Positions 19,007 to 28,765 of a DNA stretch of 35,027 nt are shown in pieces. The position numbers and the translations under genes were made by a program. Positions within the stretch are counted from its first letter, which is position 1. Each line of letters opens with the position of its first letter. The notes below the pieces were generated by a model. The model was not told the DNA's origin. It did not search any database and worked only from the letters and a program-made list of their open reading frames with translations. This DNA is from Flammeovirgaceae bacterium (GTDB lineage Bacteria > Bacteroidota > Bacteroidia > Cytophagales > Cyclobacteriaceae), in contig JBIQJZ010000003.1 in NCBI GenBank assembly GCA_044507115.1, forward strand, positions 1 to 35,027. Direction: 5' to 3'.

Positions 19007-20383
19007 ATGCAGCAGACAAGTCAACGAATACATTTTATCGCAATTGCGGGGAGCGTCATGCATAACCTGGCGATCGCTCTCGCCCAGGCGGGACACCATA
19101 TAACAGGTTCGGACGACGAAATCTACGAGCCGGCCCGCTCCGCACTGGCAAAACACAGCCTGCTCCCGACCCACGAGGGATGGAACCCCGACGTCCTCTC
19201 GACTGATATCGATATCGTTATACTGGGAATGCACGCCGCCAAGGACAACCCGGAATTATTGCGCGCGCAGGAACTCGGATTGAAGATCTGTTCCTTTCCA
19301 GAATACATATACGAACAAGCGCGTGATAAACAACGCGTCGTCATCGCAGGAAGTCATGGTAAAACTACTATCACCGCCATGATCATCCACGTCCTGCATG
19401 CCTGCAAGCGGGAATTTGACTACGTTATCGGGGCAAAGGTCCGCGGGATTGAGCAGACCGTAAAACTCAGCGACGCTCCGGTTATCATTATAGAAGGCGA
19501 CGAATACCTTTCGTCTGCACTTGATCCCACACCAAAATTCTTGCGTTACCAGCATCACATCGGGCTCATCAGCGGAATCTCGTGGGACCACGCCAACGTA
19601 TTCCCTACTGAAGAAGAATACGTCAGGCAATTCGACTTGTTCGCAGATCAGACTCCGAAAGGCGGAACACTCATCTATTGCGAGTTGGATTCCATGGCGC
19701 TCATCATCGGAAAGAAGGAGCGCACCGATGTGACGGCAATTTCGTACAAAGGCCACCCCTACTCGACCGGCGACAAGGGCAACGTTGCATTAAAACACAA
19801 CGGGGAACTCTATCCTGTCAGGGTATTCGGCAGCCATAATCTCCAGAACATCAGTGGAGCACGCGAGGTGCTGAAACGAATCGGGATCACGAACGAACAG
19901 TTCTACGAGTCCATCACAACGTTCGAGGGTGCAGCTGGTCGGTTGGAAAAGGTATCGGAAAACAGCACAGTTGCTGTTTACAAGGATTTTGCTCACGCCC
20001 CCTCTAAGGTGTCGGCGACTGTCAAAGCCTTGAGGGAGGCTAATCCCACGCGCGAACTCGTTGCTTGCGTTGAATTGCATACGTTTAGCAGTCTTAATAA
20101 GAAATTCCTTCCGCAATACCGCGACAGTCTCAAGGACGTCGGTACACCAGTTGTGTACTTCAATCCTGAAAAAGTGAAATCAAAGAAATTCGAGCCAATT
20201 TCAGAGGCTGATATAAAAGCGGCGTTCGCAAATCCTCGTATCCAAGTGTTTGACGATCCCGAAAAGCTCAGAACGTTTCTGGCGTCCCAGAAATGGGAAA
20301 ACAAAAACCTGCTGATGATGAGCTCTGGAACATTCGGCGGGCTTGATCTGCGTGAGCTCTCGGACAAAATCATTGCAGCGTAG
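19007..20383 (+). CDS. Mur ligase family protein, Mpl/MurC-like (peptidoglycan recycling)
   Basis: RIHFIAIAGSVMHNLA, ITGSDD, P-loop IAGSHGKTTIT, IIEGDEY, DHANVF, KDFAHAPSKV, ELHTFSS, MSSGTFGG. Confidence 0.88.
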   Translation: MQQTSQRIHFIAIAGSVMHNLAIALAQAGHHITGSDDEIYEPARSALAKHSLLPTHEGWNPDVLSTDIDIVILGMHAAKDNPELLRAQELGLKICSFPEYIYEQARDKQRVVIAGSHGKTTITAMIIHVLHACKREFDYVIGAKVRGIEQTVKLSDAPVIIIEGDEYLSSALDPTPKFLRYQHHIGLISGISWDHANVFPTEEEYVRQFDLFADQTPKGGTLIYCELDSMALIIGKKERTDVTAISYKGHPYSTGDKGNVALKHNGELYPVRVFGSHNLQNISGAREVLKRIGITNEQFYESITTFEGAAGRLEKVSENSTVAVYKDFAHAPSKVSATVKALREANPTRELVACVELHTFSSLNKKFLPQYRDSLKDVGTPVVYFNPEKVKSKKFEPISEADIKAAFANPRIQVFDDPEKLRTFLASQKWENKNLLMMSSGTFGGLDLRELSDKIIAA

Positions 20384-20418
20384 TCTCTCCCGCGCTCGTT
20401 TTAGTTACCTTCCATCGT

Positions 20419-21222
20419 ATGAAACTCAACCTGAAGAATCCTGTCTGCTTTTTCGACCTCGAGTCGACCGGTACAAATGTCACGCATGATCGTATCATCG
20501 AGATCGCTGTCATCAAGGTGATGCCCAACGGCGAAACACTTCGAAAATACAATCTCATCAACCCAACGATACCGATACCTGCAGAAAGTTCCGTCTTCCA
20601 CGGAATCTACGACGACGATGTGAAGGGCATGCCGACGTTCCGCGAAGTGGCGAAAGAATACGCCCGCTTCTTTGAAGGCGCTGACCTCTCAGGTTTCAGC
20701 ATCCTGAAGATGGATGTACCCATGCTTGTCGAAGAATTTATTCGGGCGAACGTGGACTTCGATTACCAGCGCAAGCGAATCATCGACTCACAGAAAATTT
20801 TTCATCTGATGGAAAAGCGTACGCTCTCCGCGGCCTACCGTTTCTACCTGCAAAAGGAGCTCACGGATTCACACTCTGCAGAAGCGGACACGGAAGCCTC
20901 AATGGAGGTACTCCTGGCCCAACTCTTGAAATACGATGGCCAGCCGGTGGTTGACGCTACCGGCAAGCAGATCGGCGAGATCCGGAACGACATGGATGTT
21001 CTCGGACGACTAATCTCTTCCGACATGGTCGACCTGGCAGGACGGATGATCCGGAACGATCAGGGCGAGGAAGTCTTCAACTTCGGCAAACACAAAGGCA
21101 AGAAGGTAGCCGCCGTGCTGAAATCCGAACCCGCCTACTACGACTGGATGATGAACGGCGACTTCCCCGCCGACACCAAGCGAAAACTGACGGAGATTAA
21201 GTTGCGGGAATTTAGGTCGTGA
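20419..21222 (+). CDS. DEDDh 3'-5' exonuclease (DnaQ/Pol III epsilon-like) with C-terminal FGKHKG domain
   Basis: FFDLESTG, RIIEIA, HGIYDDDV, HSAEADTEA, FNFGKHKG...YYDWMM. Confidence 0.9.
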   Translation: MKLNLKNPVCFFDLESTGTNVTHDRIIEIAVIKVMPNGETLRKYNLINPTIPIPAESSVFHGIYDDDVKGMPTFREVAKEYARFFEGADLSGFSILKMDVPMLVEEFIRANVDFDYQRKRIIDSQKIFHLMEKRTLSAAYRFYLQKELTDSHSAEADTEASMEVLLAQLLKYDGQPVVDATGKQIGEIRNDMDVLGRLISSDMVDLAGRMIRNDQGEEVFNFGKHKGKKVAAVLKSEPAYYDWMMNGDFPADTKRKLTEIKLREFRS

Positions 21223-21365
21223 GTCGTGAGTGGTCAGTGGTGAATGGTGAGTGGTGACCACTCACGCCTCACCCTCGAACCTACGCACCAAAACCGAAAA
21301 GAAGACCTCCGACAACGCACCCACTGACCACTCACCACTGACCACTCACCACTCACCGCCCTCAC
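21219..21365. repeat. Inverted arrays of 7-bp tandem repeats (GTGAGTG / CACTCAC) between convergent genes
   Basis: GTGAGTC-GTGAGTG-GTCAGTG-GTGAATG-GTGAGTG (21219-21253), CACTCAC (21259-21265), CACTGAC-CACTCAC-CACTGAC-CACTCAC-CACTCAC (21322-21356). Confidence 0.92.
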
Positions 21366-22159
21366 TTCTTATAATACCTCATCGCCTCTGGAATCGCTGC
21401 GTTCAGATCCGAGATTCGGGAGCTGTGTGAGGGGTGGGTTGACAACCATTCGGGGGGTTCGGCCCCACCGCCTTGTGATGACATACGCTCCCAGAACTTG
21501 GGGGCTTCATGCGGATCGTATCCGGCCATCGCCATGAAAATGAGTCCGATCTTGTCGGCTTCTGATTCGTGCTGGCGTGAAAACTTGAGCATCCCGACCT
21601 GCGCACCAACGCCGACAGCCTGGAAGAACAACTGTTTTGTCAGGGTGGAATTCTGGCCGAGAGCGGCACCGAGCGTACCTAACAATCCGTTTGCAACCAT
21701 TCCCTGGCTCATGCGTTCCCGGGCGTGATTGGCGACAGCGTGAGCAACTTCATGCCCCATGACGACCGCGACGCCGGCTTCGTTTTGACAAATAGGCATA
21801 ATACCCGTGTAGAAAGCCACTTTACCACCCGGCATGCACCAGGCGTTGACGGTATTCGGGTCCTCGATGAGGTTAAACTCCCATTGAAAACCGGCGAGTT
21901 CGCTCGAAGCGTTGTTTTCAGCCATATATTGTTCGACTGCCCGCTGGATCCGCGTGCCTACGCTCTTGATCAAGGCAGTTTGTTGCTGATTTTTAGATAG
22001 GTTCGCGGTCCGAACCACAGAATCGTATTGCTGGTTAGCCATCGGAATGATCTCCGCATTAGCGACCAGGCTGAGCTGCTGGCGCCCGGTGACGGCTACT
22101 TTGGCACAGCCGTAGACCACCAGCGCCAGAAGCCCACCAATTATCAATTGTTTAATCAT
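21362..22159 (-). CDS. M48 family zinc metallopeptidase, lipoprotein
   Basis: Lipobox VYG-C, TGRQQL, VNAWCMPGGKVAFYTG, HEVAH, FSRQHESEADKIG, WLSTHP; start moved to ATG 22159. Confidence 0.93.
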   Translation of the reverse strand: MIKQLIIGGLLALVVYGCAKVAVTGRQQLSLVANAEIIPMANQQYDSVVRTANLSKNQQQTALIKSVGTRIQRAVEQYMAENNASSELAGFQWEFNLIEDPNTVNAWCMPGGKVAFYTGIMPICQNEAGVAVVMGHEVAHAVANHARERMSQGMVANGLLGTLGAALGQNSTLTKQLFFQAVGVGAQVGMLKFSRQHESEADKIGLIFMAMAGYDPHEAPKFWERMSSQGGGAEPPEWLSTHPSHSSRISDLNAAIPEAMRYYKK

Positions 22160-22247
22160 GGATGTATTATTTAGTTGATATTTCAAACGCGCAACCTTTA
22201 CGGTTTTACTAGTTTTATGCCATTAGAGCCCAAAAATACCTTATTGA

Positions 22248-22862
22248 ATGAGAATTTTCGCTGTCGGCCGCAATTACGTCGAACATATCAAAGAACTCAA
22301 CAATGAACAGCCAACCGAGCCGGTCATTTTTACCAAGCCAGATACCGCGATTCTGCGCAACGGAAGTTCGTTTTATTACCCGGAATTTTCCACCGACGTC
22401 CATCACGAGGTCGAAATCGTATTGCGGATCTGCCGGGAAGGAAAAAACATCGCGGAAAAATTCGCCGGAAAATATTTCGACGCCATCGCCGTTGGAGTTG
22501 ACTTCACGGCACGAGACTTGCAACAGAAAGCAAAAGAAAAGGGGCTGCCATGGGACCTCGCAAAAGGTTTTGATGGATCCGCTCCGATCTCCGAGAAGTT
22601 TATCCCGGTGACACAGTTCGCAGATCTGAAGAACATCAACTTCAGCCTGAGAATAAACGATCAGATGCGTCAACAAGGCAACACCGGGCTTATGATTTTC
22701 AGTTTTGAATATGTAATTTCGTATATCTCGAAATTTTTTACGCTACGCACCGGCGATTTGATTTTTACGGGAACTCCTAAAGGCGTTAGCCCCGTTCAGG
22801 TCGGTGATAGGTTGTCTGCATATATTGAAAATGAAAAGCTACTTGAATTTGATGTTAGGTAG
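22248..22862 (+). CDS. Fumarylacetoacetate hydrolase family protein
   Basis: IFAVGRNYVEH, PVIFTKP, HHEVE, DFTARDLQ, WDLAKGFDGSAP, GDLIFTGTPKGV. Confidence 0.95.
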   Translation: MRIFAVGRNYVEHIKELNNEQPTEPVIFTKPDTAILRNGSSFYYPEFSTDVHHEVEIVLRICREGKNIAEKFAGKYFDAIAVGVDFTARDLQQKAKEKGLPWDLAKGFDGSAPISEKFIPVTQFADLKNINFSLRINDQMRQQGNTGLMIFSFEYVISYISKFFTLRTGDLIFTGTPKGVSPVQVGDRLSAYIENEKLLEFDVR

Positions 22863-24774
22863 GACATTAGTCGCATTGGCAGCGACTATTTGCCCATTTT
22901 TTTCCTCAGCTCAGTTCAGTCCCCCAGATGAAAAGTTCTCGGCGGGAGAAACATTCCTGTATCCGATCAACCCGGGGCTGCCGGGATCACTTGCCGGGAC
23001 CATGGGCGAGTTGCGCAGCACGCACTTCCACTCCGGCCTCGACATCCGCACGAACAATGTGATCGGATTGCCGGTGCTCGCTTCGAAGAGTGGATATATC
23101 TCGCGCGTATCCGTCGGTCCGGTAGGATACGGAAACGTTATCTATGTCGCCCACCCGGACGGATATACTACAATCTATGCCCACCTCGACAAGTTTAAGG
23201 GAGACCTCGCAGAATACGTTATCAAAGAACACTACCCGAAAAGGACTCACCAGATCAACCTCTATTTCAAGCCAAGCCAATTTCCAGTAAAGCGCGGGGA
23301 TACGATCGCATTCTCTGGAAATTCCGGATCTTCAGGAGGCCCGCACCTTCATTTCGACATCCGCGACAAGAACAACTTTGCGCTCAATCCTCTCCTGGTG
23401 GAGAATTTCACCGAGATCAAGGACGACCTTCCTCCTGCAGTCGAAAAAATCGCACTGCGGACACTTGATATCAACTCGCGTATAAACGACCGGTTTGGCC
23501 GTTTCGAATTTCACGTGCGACGTGTCGGCAACGATTATGTTTTTGACGCACCCATTCTCGCCACCGGGATGATTGGCGTCGAGGTGCGCGCAAAAGACAG
23601 GCTCGCCCCCAACAGCCGGTTTCACGGGGGCGTAAACTACATCCAGATGCGAGTAGACAGTCAGTTGGCCTTTAATCAGGCGATTGACAAACTCAACGTT
23701 GCAAAGGGTCGGCAAATCCTGACACTGATGGATTTCCGAACCATGCAGAATAGCGGGAGCCGCTTTTACAAACTTTTCCTGGACGATGGCAATGGCTTGA
23801 ACTTCTACGATCGCTCCCCGGGGGACGGCAAGATCCGGGTTGATCAGGGCGACGACAAACACGTTGAAGTGAAGTTGCAGGATACGTTCGGCAATACCAG
23901 CAAACTCTCGTTCCGGCTCCGGCCTTCACCGGCGGCGAAGGAAGTCAGATTGATGGACCCGCTAAAGGCAGATGTTCAGTACGACATCCATGAGAACATC
24001 ATGATGATCGCGGCGAAAACATGTAGTACAGGCGGTGATCACGCCATCCTCCACACACGCAACGGCAGCCGGACACTGGAACCGGATTATTTTAACGCCA
24101 ACGGAGCCGTCTTTTTGCTGGATCTCCGCCGCGAGATACCCGACTCTATCCGGGTGTGTAACAGCTCTGTCGTACCCAAGATCGTGGCAACCGTACCTTC
24201 GACGGGACCGTACCAATACTTCAGCGACGTAATGGATATACAATTCCCGGCGCATTCAATCTACGACACTGTCTACCTCCACGCAGATCACAAAATACTT
24301 CCGGACAACTCCGAAGTTTTCGCCATTGGCTCACCTTATGTGCCGCTCAGCAAGAGCATCAACATAACCCTGCGTCCGTCAAATACGATCACGTGGAAAG
24401 AATCAATGGGGGTCTATCGAATCGATGGCAAAGCCTATTCCTACGTTGGTGGACGTTGGCAGAACGGGGCGGTACATTTTTCGACCCGCGACTTCGGAGA
24501 TTTTACCATCCTGGAGGACAAGACTGCTCCTACCATCAAACCCGTCGTCGTGAATAACCACGTGGCGCGTTTTAAGATTCAAGATGATCTATCAGGAATC
24601 TCCAGTTATCGGGCTACTGTTAACGACCAGTGGCTATTGATGTACTACGATGCGAAAACCGCCACAATATGGTCGGAGCGGTTCGACAAGGAAGTCCTGA
24701 TGAAGGGCGAGTTCAAGCTCGTAGTTGTCGATCAAGCCGGCAACCGATCGGAGTACATCACACAACTCCCCTGA
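22852..24774 (+). CDS. M23 family metallopeptidase with long C-terminal extension
   Basis: Signal peptide from ATG 22852; GELRSTHFHSGLDIR (HxxxD), GYGN, YAHL, SGNSGSSGGPHLHFDIR (HxH); late DKTAPTI...DDLSGI. Confidence 0.9.
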   Translation: MLGRTLVALAATICPFFSSAQFSPPDEKFSAGETFLYPINPGLPGSLAGTMGELRSTHFHSGLDIRTNNVIGLPVLASKSGYISRVSVGPVGYGNVIYVAHPDGYTTIYAHLDKFKGDLAEYVIKEHYPKRTHQINLYFKPSQFPVKRGDTIAFSGNSGSSGGPHLHFDIRDKNNFALNPLLVENFTEIKDDLPPAVEKIALRTLDINSRINDRFGRFEFHVRRVGNDYVFDAPILATGMIGVEVRAKDRLAPNSRFHGGVNYIQMRVDSQLAFNQAIDKLNVAKGRQILTLMDFRTMQNSGSRFYKLFLDDGNGLNFYDRSPGDGKIRVDQGDDKHVEVKLQDTFGNTSKLSFRLRPSPAAKEVRLMDPLKADVQYDIHENIMMIAAKTCSTGGDHAILHTRNGSRTLEPDYFNANGAVFLLDLRREIPDSIRVCNSSVVPKIVATVPSTGPYQYFSDVMDIQFPAHSIYDTVYLHADHKILPDNSEVFAIGSPYVPLSKSINITLRPSNTITWKESMGVYRIDGKAYSYVGGRWQNGAVHFSTRDFGDFTILEDKTAPTIKPVVVNNHVARFKIQDDLSGISSYRATVNDQWLLMYYDAKTATIWSERFDKEVLMKGEFKLVVVDQAGNRSEYITQLP

Positions 24775-24776
24775 CG

Positions 24777-25322
24777 ATGTTGAAAGTCGGAGACAAAGCA
24801 CCTGATTTTACGGTTAACGACCAGGATGGGAATCCCGTCAAGCTTTCTGAGCTGCGCGGTTCCAAGGTGGTATTGTATTTCTACCCCAGAGATATGACGC
24901 CAGGATGCACCGCGGAAGCGTGTAACCTTCGCGACAACTACAGCCGAATAAAGAGACGGGGTTATGAAGTGTTGGGCGTTAGCACCGACAGCGAAAAATC
25001 TCACCGAAAATTCATCGAGAAGGAAAGCCTCCCCTTCCGCCTTCTTGCAGACACCGACAAGATCATCCATGATGCGTATGGCACCTGGGTTGAGAAGTCC
25101 ATGTACGGTCGGAAATATATGGGCACCGCACGCGTAACCTTTGTTATCGACGAGAAAGGCATTATTGAGGATATTATCGAAAAAGTCGACACAAAGAATC
25201 ACGTCAGCCAGATCCTCGATTCAAAGGTGGCAAACACCGCAAAGGTGGTCGCCAGCAAGACCTCCAGCAAGCCAGCGAAGAAAATCGCGTCGAAATCCGC
25301 CCGGAAGACGCGAAAGAAGTGA
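24777..25322 (+). CDS. bcp: Thioredoxin-dependent thiol peroxidase (BCP/PrxQ) with Lys/Ala-rich tail
   Basis: From ATG 24777: MLKVGDKAPDF, VVLYFYPRDMTPGCTAEAC (PxxxTxxC), GVSTDS, RVTFVIDEKG. Confidence 0.95.
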   Translation: MLKVGDKAPDFTVNDQDGNPVKLSELRGSKVVLYFYPRDMTPGCTAEACNLRDNYSRIKRRGYEVLGVSTDSEKSHRKFIEKESLPFRLLADTDKIIHDAYGTWVEKSMYGRKYMGTARVTFVIDEKGIIEDIIEKVDTKNHVSQILDSKVANTAKVVASKTSSKPAKKIASKSARKTRKK

Positions 25323-25401
25323 ATCGCGGTCGCTTCTTGAAGGCGTCGTCTTTGCGCCTATGAAAAAAATTTTCATCTTCGCGACAAACAATTTCGACAG
25401 C

Positions 25402-26253
25402 ATGAGCCAAACACCTGATATCGATCGCTTGAACAAACTTGCCTCACAAATCCGCAGAGACATTGTGCGCATGGTACATGCCTGTCAGTCAGGACACCCA
25501 GGCGGATCGCTCGGCTGCACCGATTTTTTTGTTGCCCTATACTTTCACATCCTAAAGCATAACCCCGAGTTCAAGATGGATGGAAAAGGAGAAGACCTTT
25601 TCTTCCTCTCAAATGGCCACATTTCTCCCGTGTGGTACGCAACGCTGGCTCGCGCCGGGTATTTCCCTGTCGCGGAACTCGCGACGTTTCGCAAGATCGA
25701 TTCGAGACTGCAAGGTCACCCGGCTACCCACGAGCACCTGCCGGGGATACGAATCGCATCTGGATCGCTGGGGCAGGGTCTGTCCGTTGCTATCGGCGCC
25801 GCGCAGACGAAGAAACTCAACGGCGACGATCGATTCGTCTTCGCCCTCATGGGCGACGGTGAACAACAGGAAGGGCAAGTCTGGGAAGCCGCGATGTACG
25901 CACCTCACCACAAAGTCGACAACCTCATTGCTACCATTGACTGCAACGGTCAGCAAATCGACGGCCCCGTTGAAAACATCATGTCATTGATTGATCTCAA
26001 AGCAAAGTGGGAAGCTTTTGGCTGGATCGTACAAACGTTCGAAGGTAACGATATCAAAGCCGTCATCGAAGGACTGGAGAAAGCAAAAACGCTCGCCGGT
26101 AAAGGGAAACCTGTCATGAATCTGATGAAGACGGAAATGGGCTACGGCGTCGATTACATGATGGGCTCGCACAAATGGCATGGCGTTGCTCCAAACGACG
26201 AGGAGCTTGCCAAAGCGCTCGCCCAACTCGACGAAACCCTCGGCGACTACTAG
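25402..26253 (+). CDS. Transketolase, N-terminal (TPP-binding) subunit
   Basis: SGHPGGSLG, LSNGH, LQGHP, SGSLGQG, TPP motif MGDGEQQEGQVWEA...N, WHGVAP; start ATG 25402. Confidence 0.95.
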   Translation: MSQTPDIDRLNKLASQIRRDIVRMVHACQSGHPGGSLGCTDFFVALYFHILKHNPEFKMDGKGEDLFFLSNGHISPVWYATLARAGYFPVAELATFRKIDSRLQGHPATHEHLPGIRIASGSLGQGLSVAIGAAQTKKLNGDDRFVFALMGDGEQQEGQVWEAAMYAPHHKVDNLIATIDCNGQQIDGPVENIMSLIDLKAKWEAFGWIVQTFEGNDIKAVIEGLEKAKTLAGKGKPVMNLMKTEMGYGVDYMMGSHKWHGVAPNDEELAKALAQLDETLGDY

Positions 26254-26332
26254 CCCTGCAAAATTTTTCAGGTGCCCGCGGCGTTCTATTGGAGGAACGT
26301 TCGCGCAAGTGCGCACATCAAACCCCTGGATC

Positions 26333-27715
26333 ATGACAATATGGAGTTTCCTGACGGGTTTCCTTCTCACCCTTCTTGTGCTGGCCACCGGACCCCTGTA
26401 CGCGCAAGACGTCAACCAGCAAGCGCTCCCTGACAAGACGCGAATTCTTTTTGTGCTCGATGGGTCGGGCAGTATGAACGCAATCTGGGGAGAACATTCG
26501 TCGCGCATGGATGCTGCAAAAGCAATTCTCACGCGACTCGTCGACTCGCTGCGGGTGAATCCAAAGCTCGAGCTCGCCCTCCGGGTATACGGGCACCGGT
26601 ATTCAAGGCAGGCTAACAATTGCACAGACAGTCGTCTCGAGGTCCCATTTGCCCGCAACAATCACAACACCATCATTCAACGCATTCAGGATATCACGCC
26701 CAGGGGTGTTACGCCCATCACGTACTCGCTCTTGCAGGCTGCAACGGATTTTCCCACTACGTCAGGTTATCGGAACATCGTGATCCTGATCACCGACGGC
26801 GTGGAGTCGTGCGGAGGCGACCCATGTCAGGCCTCAATTGAGCTGCAGAAGCGAGGTGTTTTCCTCAGGCCTTTTATTATCGGACTTGGCGTGCCCGGCG
26901 GCAAGGCGTTGGACTGTGTTGGGAAGTTTATCGATGCCGATAACGCGGACTCGTTTCACGAGATCCTCAACGAATCCATTGAAACAACATTCGCGAACAC
27001 CACCGTGAGCGTTGAGTTGCTCAACGGCCAAAACGAGCCCGTCGAGACAAACGTCAACGTGACCTTTCGGAACTCGATGACGGGCACAGCTGCCTATGAA
27101 TTTGTGCACTATCTCGATGTAGCGGGCAAGCCTGATTCAGTACAGGTTGATCCGGTGCTGACGTACGACATTGTTGTCAATACCCTGCCCCCGGTAGTTC
27201 GCCGTGAGGTCGATATCATCAATGGTCGGCACAACGTCCTACGCATTCCGGCGCCGCAAGGCACCTTGGTAGTAAGACCCGAAGGAGCCGGCAATCCCTT
27301 CTCAGCGGTTGTCCGTCAGAAGGGTCGCGGGGAGATCCTGAACATACAAGGCAGTCATGAGGTGGTGCGCTACCTGCACGGTGAGTATGAAGTCGAAACC
27401 ATGACACTGCCGCGAAGAATATTCCCGGTGAAAATCGAACCGGGTAAGACGTTGACGATCTCCGTACCTTCTCCCGGCGCTGTCAATGTCAACAGCCTGG
27501 CTGTGGGATTCGGAAGCATTTTTGAGATCACGAGTACCGGCGAGTCCCGCTGGGTGTGTAACCTGGACGATACCAAGACCCGTCATTTCTACAGTCTCCT
27601 CCCCGGTCGATATAAAGTCACGTTCCGCGCGCGCCGCACGAAGGGAAGCAAGTACACTGCAATCAAGGAATTCGAGTTGAAATCGGGACAAACGTTAAAT
27701 CTTCGCATGTTCTGA
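26333..27715 (+). CDS. Secreted von Willebrand factor A domain protein with C-terminal beta-sandwich repeats
   Basis: Signal peptide from ATG 26333; MIDAS residues in LFVLDGSGSM, GVTPI, ILITDGVESCGGDPC. Confidence 0.88.
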   Translation: MTIWSFLTGFLLTLLVLATGPLYAQDVNQQALPDKTRILFVLDGSGSMNAIWGEHSSRMDAAKAILTRLVDSLRVNPKLELALRVYGHRYSRQANNCTDSRLEVPFARNNHNTIIQRIQDITPRGVTPITYSLLQAATDFPTTSGYRNIVILITDGVESCGGDPCQASIELQKRGVFLRPFIIGLGVPGGKALDCVGKFIDADNADSFHEILNESIETTFANTTVSVELLNGQNEPVETNVNVTFRNSMTGTAAYEFVHYLDVAGKPDSVQVDPVLTYDIVVNTLPPVVRREVDIINGRHNVLRIPAPQGTLVVRPEGAGNPFSAVVRQKGRGEILNIQGSHEVVRYLHGEYEVETMTLPRRIFPVKIEPGKTLTISVPSPGAVNVNSLAVGFGSIFEITSTGESRWVCNLDDTKTRHFYSLLPGRYKVTFRARRTKGSKYTAIKEFELKSGQTLNLRMF

Positions 27716-27752
27716 CGACTGGATATTGTTGTAATCTTATTACTTTGCCCCC

Positions 27753-28709
27753 ATGAAATACACGTTCACAGAAAAGAAGGATACACGATCCGGTTTTGGT
27801 GTCGGGCTGCACGAACTTGGAAAAAAGAACGAGGATGTCGTAGCCCTCTGCGCAGACCTCACGGGCTCGCTGAAGATGGATGCATTCAAGAAAGAATTTC
27901 CTGCGCGCTTCTATCAGGTGGGTATCGCAGAAGCCAACATGATGGGGATCGCCGCTGGCATGACCATAGGCGGGAAGATTCCGTTCACCGGTACGTTTGC
28001 CAACTTTTCAACTGGGAGGGTATATGACCAGATACGTCAATCAATCGCCTACTCTGGCAAGAACGTGAAGATATGCGCATCGCATGCGGGTGTCACCCTC
28101 GGGGAAGACGGGGCAACCCACCAGATACTCGAAGACATCGGGATGATGCGGATGCTCCCGGGCATGACCGTTATCGTTCCTTGCGACTACAACCAGACAC
28201 GTTTAGCGACGCTGGCTCTCGGCAATCACGTCGGCCCGGCGTACCTGCGTTTTGGAAGACCTAGCTGGCCGATCTTCACGGCGGCGGACAGACCGTTCAC
28301 GATCGGAAAGGCCGACAAAATGATCGAGGGTACGGATGTCACAATATTTGCGTGCGGCCATCTCGTTTGGAATGCCATAGAGGCCGAGGCCAAACTTGCA
28401 GCTCAGGGGATCAGTGTCGAACTCATCAATATACATACTATTAAGCCACTTGACGTTGACGCGATTCTGGCGTCCGTTCAGAAGACCGGATGCGTCGTTA
28501 CCTGCGAAGAACATCAGGCGAATGGTGGGCTTGGAGACGCTGTAGCGCAAGTGTTGTCGCGCTTCCATCCGGCACCGCAGGAACTCGTAGCTGTGAACGA
28601 CAGCTTTGGAGAGAGTGGAACACCCATGCAACTGTTGTCCAAATACGGACTGGGTACCGATAATGTTGTCGAAGCCGTCGAGAAAGTGCTGAAGAGAAAG
28701 AGAGGCTAA
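27753..28709 (+). CDS. Transketolase, C-terminal subunit
   Basis: TRSGFG, LCADL, VGIAEANMMGIAAG, RVYDQIR, GEDGATHQILED, YLRFGR, HTIKPLD, EEH...GGLG, DSFGESG. Confidence 0.95.
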   Translation: MKYTFTEKKDTRSGFGVGLHELGKKNEDVVALCADLTGSLKMDAFKKEFPARFYQVGIAEANMMGIAAGMTIGGKIPFTGTFANFSTGRVYDQIRQSIAYSGKNVKICASHAGVTLGEDGATHQILEDIGMMRMLPGMTVIVPCDYNQTRLATLALGNHVGPAYLRFGRPSWPIFTAADRPFTIGKADKMIEGTDVTIFACGHLVWNAIEAEAKLAAQGISVELINIHTIKPLDVDAILASVQKTGCVVTCEEHQANGGLGDAVAQVLSRFHPAPQELVAVNDSFGESGTPMQLLSKYGLGTDNVVEAVEKVLKRKRG

Positions 28710-28765
28710 CCAGGCGTGTTTGTAGTAGCGGACAAGAGATCGATTCGCTGAACTGAACATACACC

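Noticed and set aside
21219-21365. Repeat region as a CRISPR array
   Set aside because: 7-bp tandem units without unique spacers, and no cas genes.
22804-26332. Apparent long gene overlaps (M23/bcp, bcp/tktN, tktN/vWA) in the ORF track
   Set aside because: Artefacts of longest-ORF start choice; downstream ATGs at 22852, 24777, 25402 and 26333 give normal N-termini.
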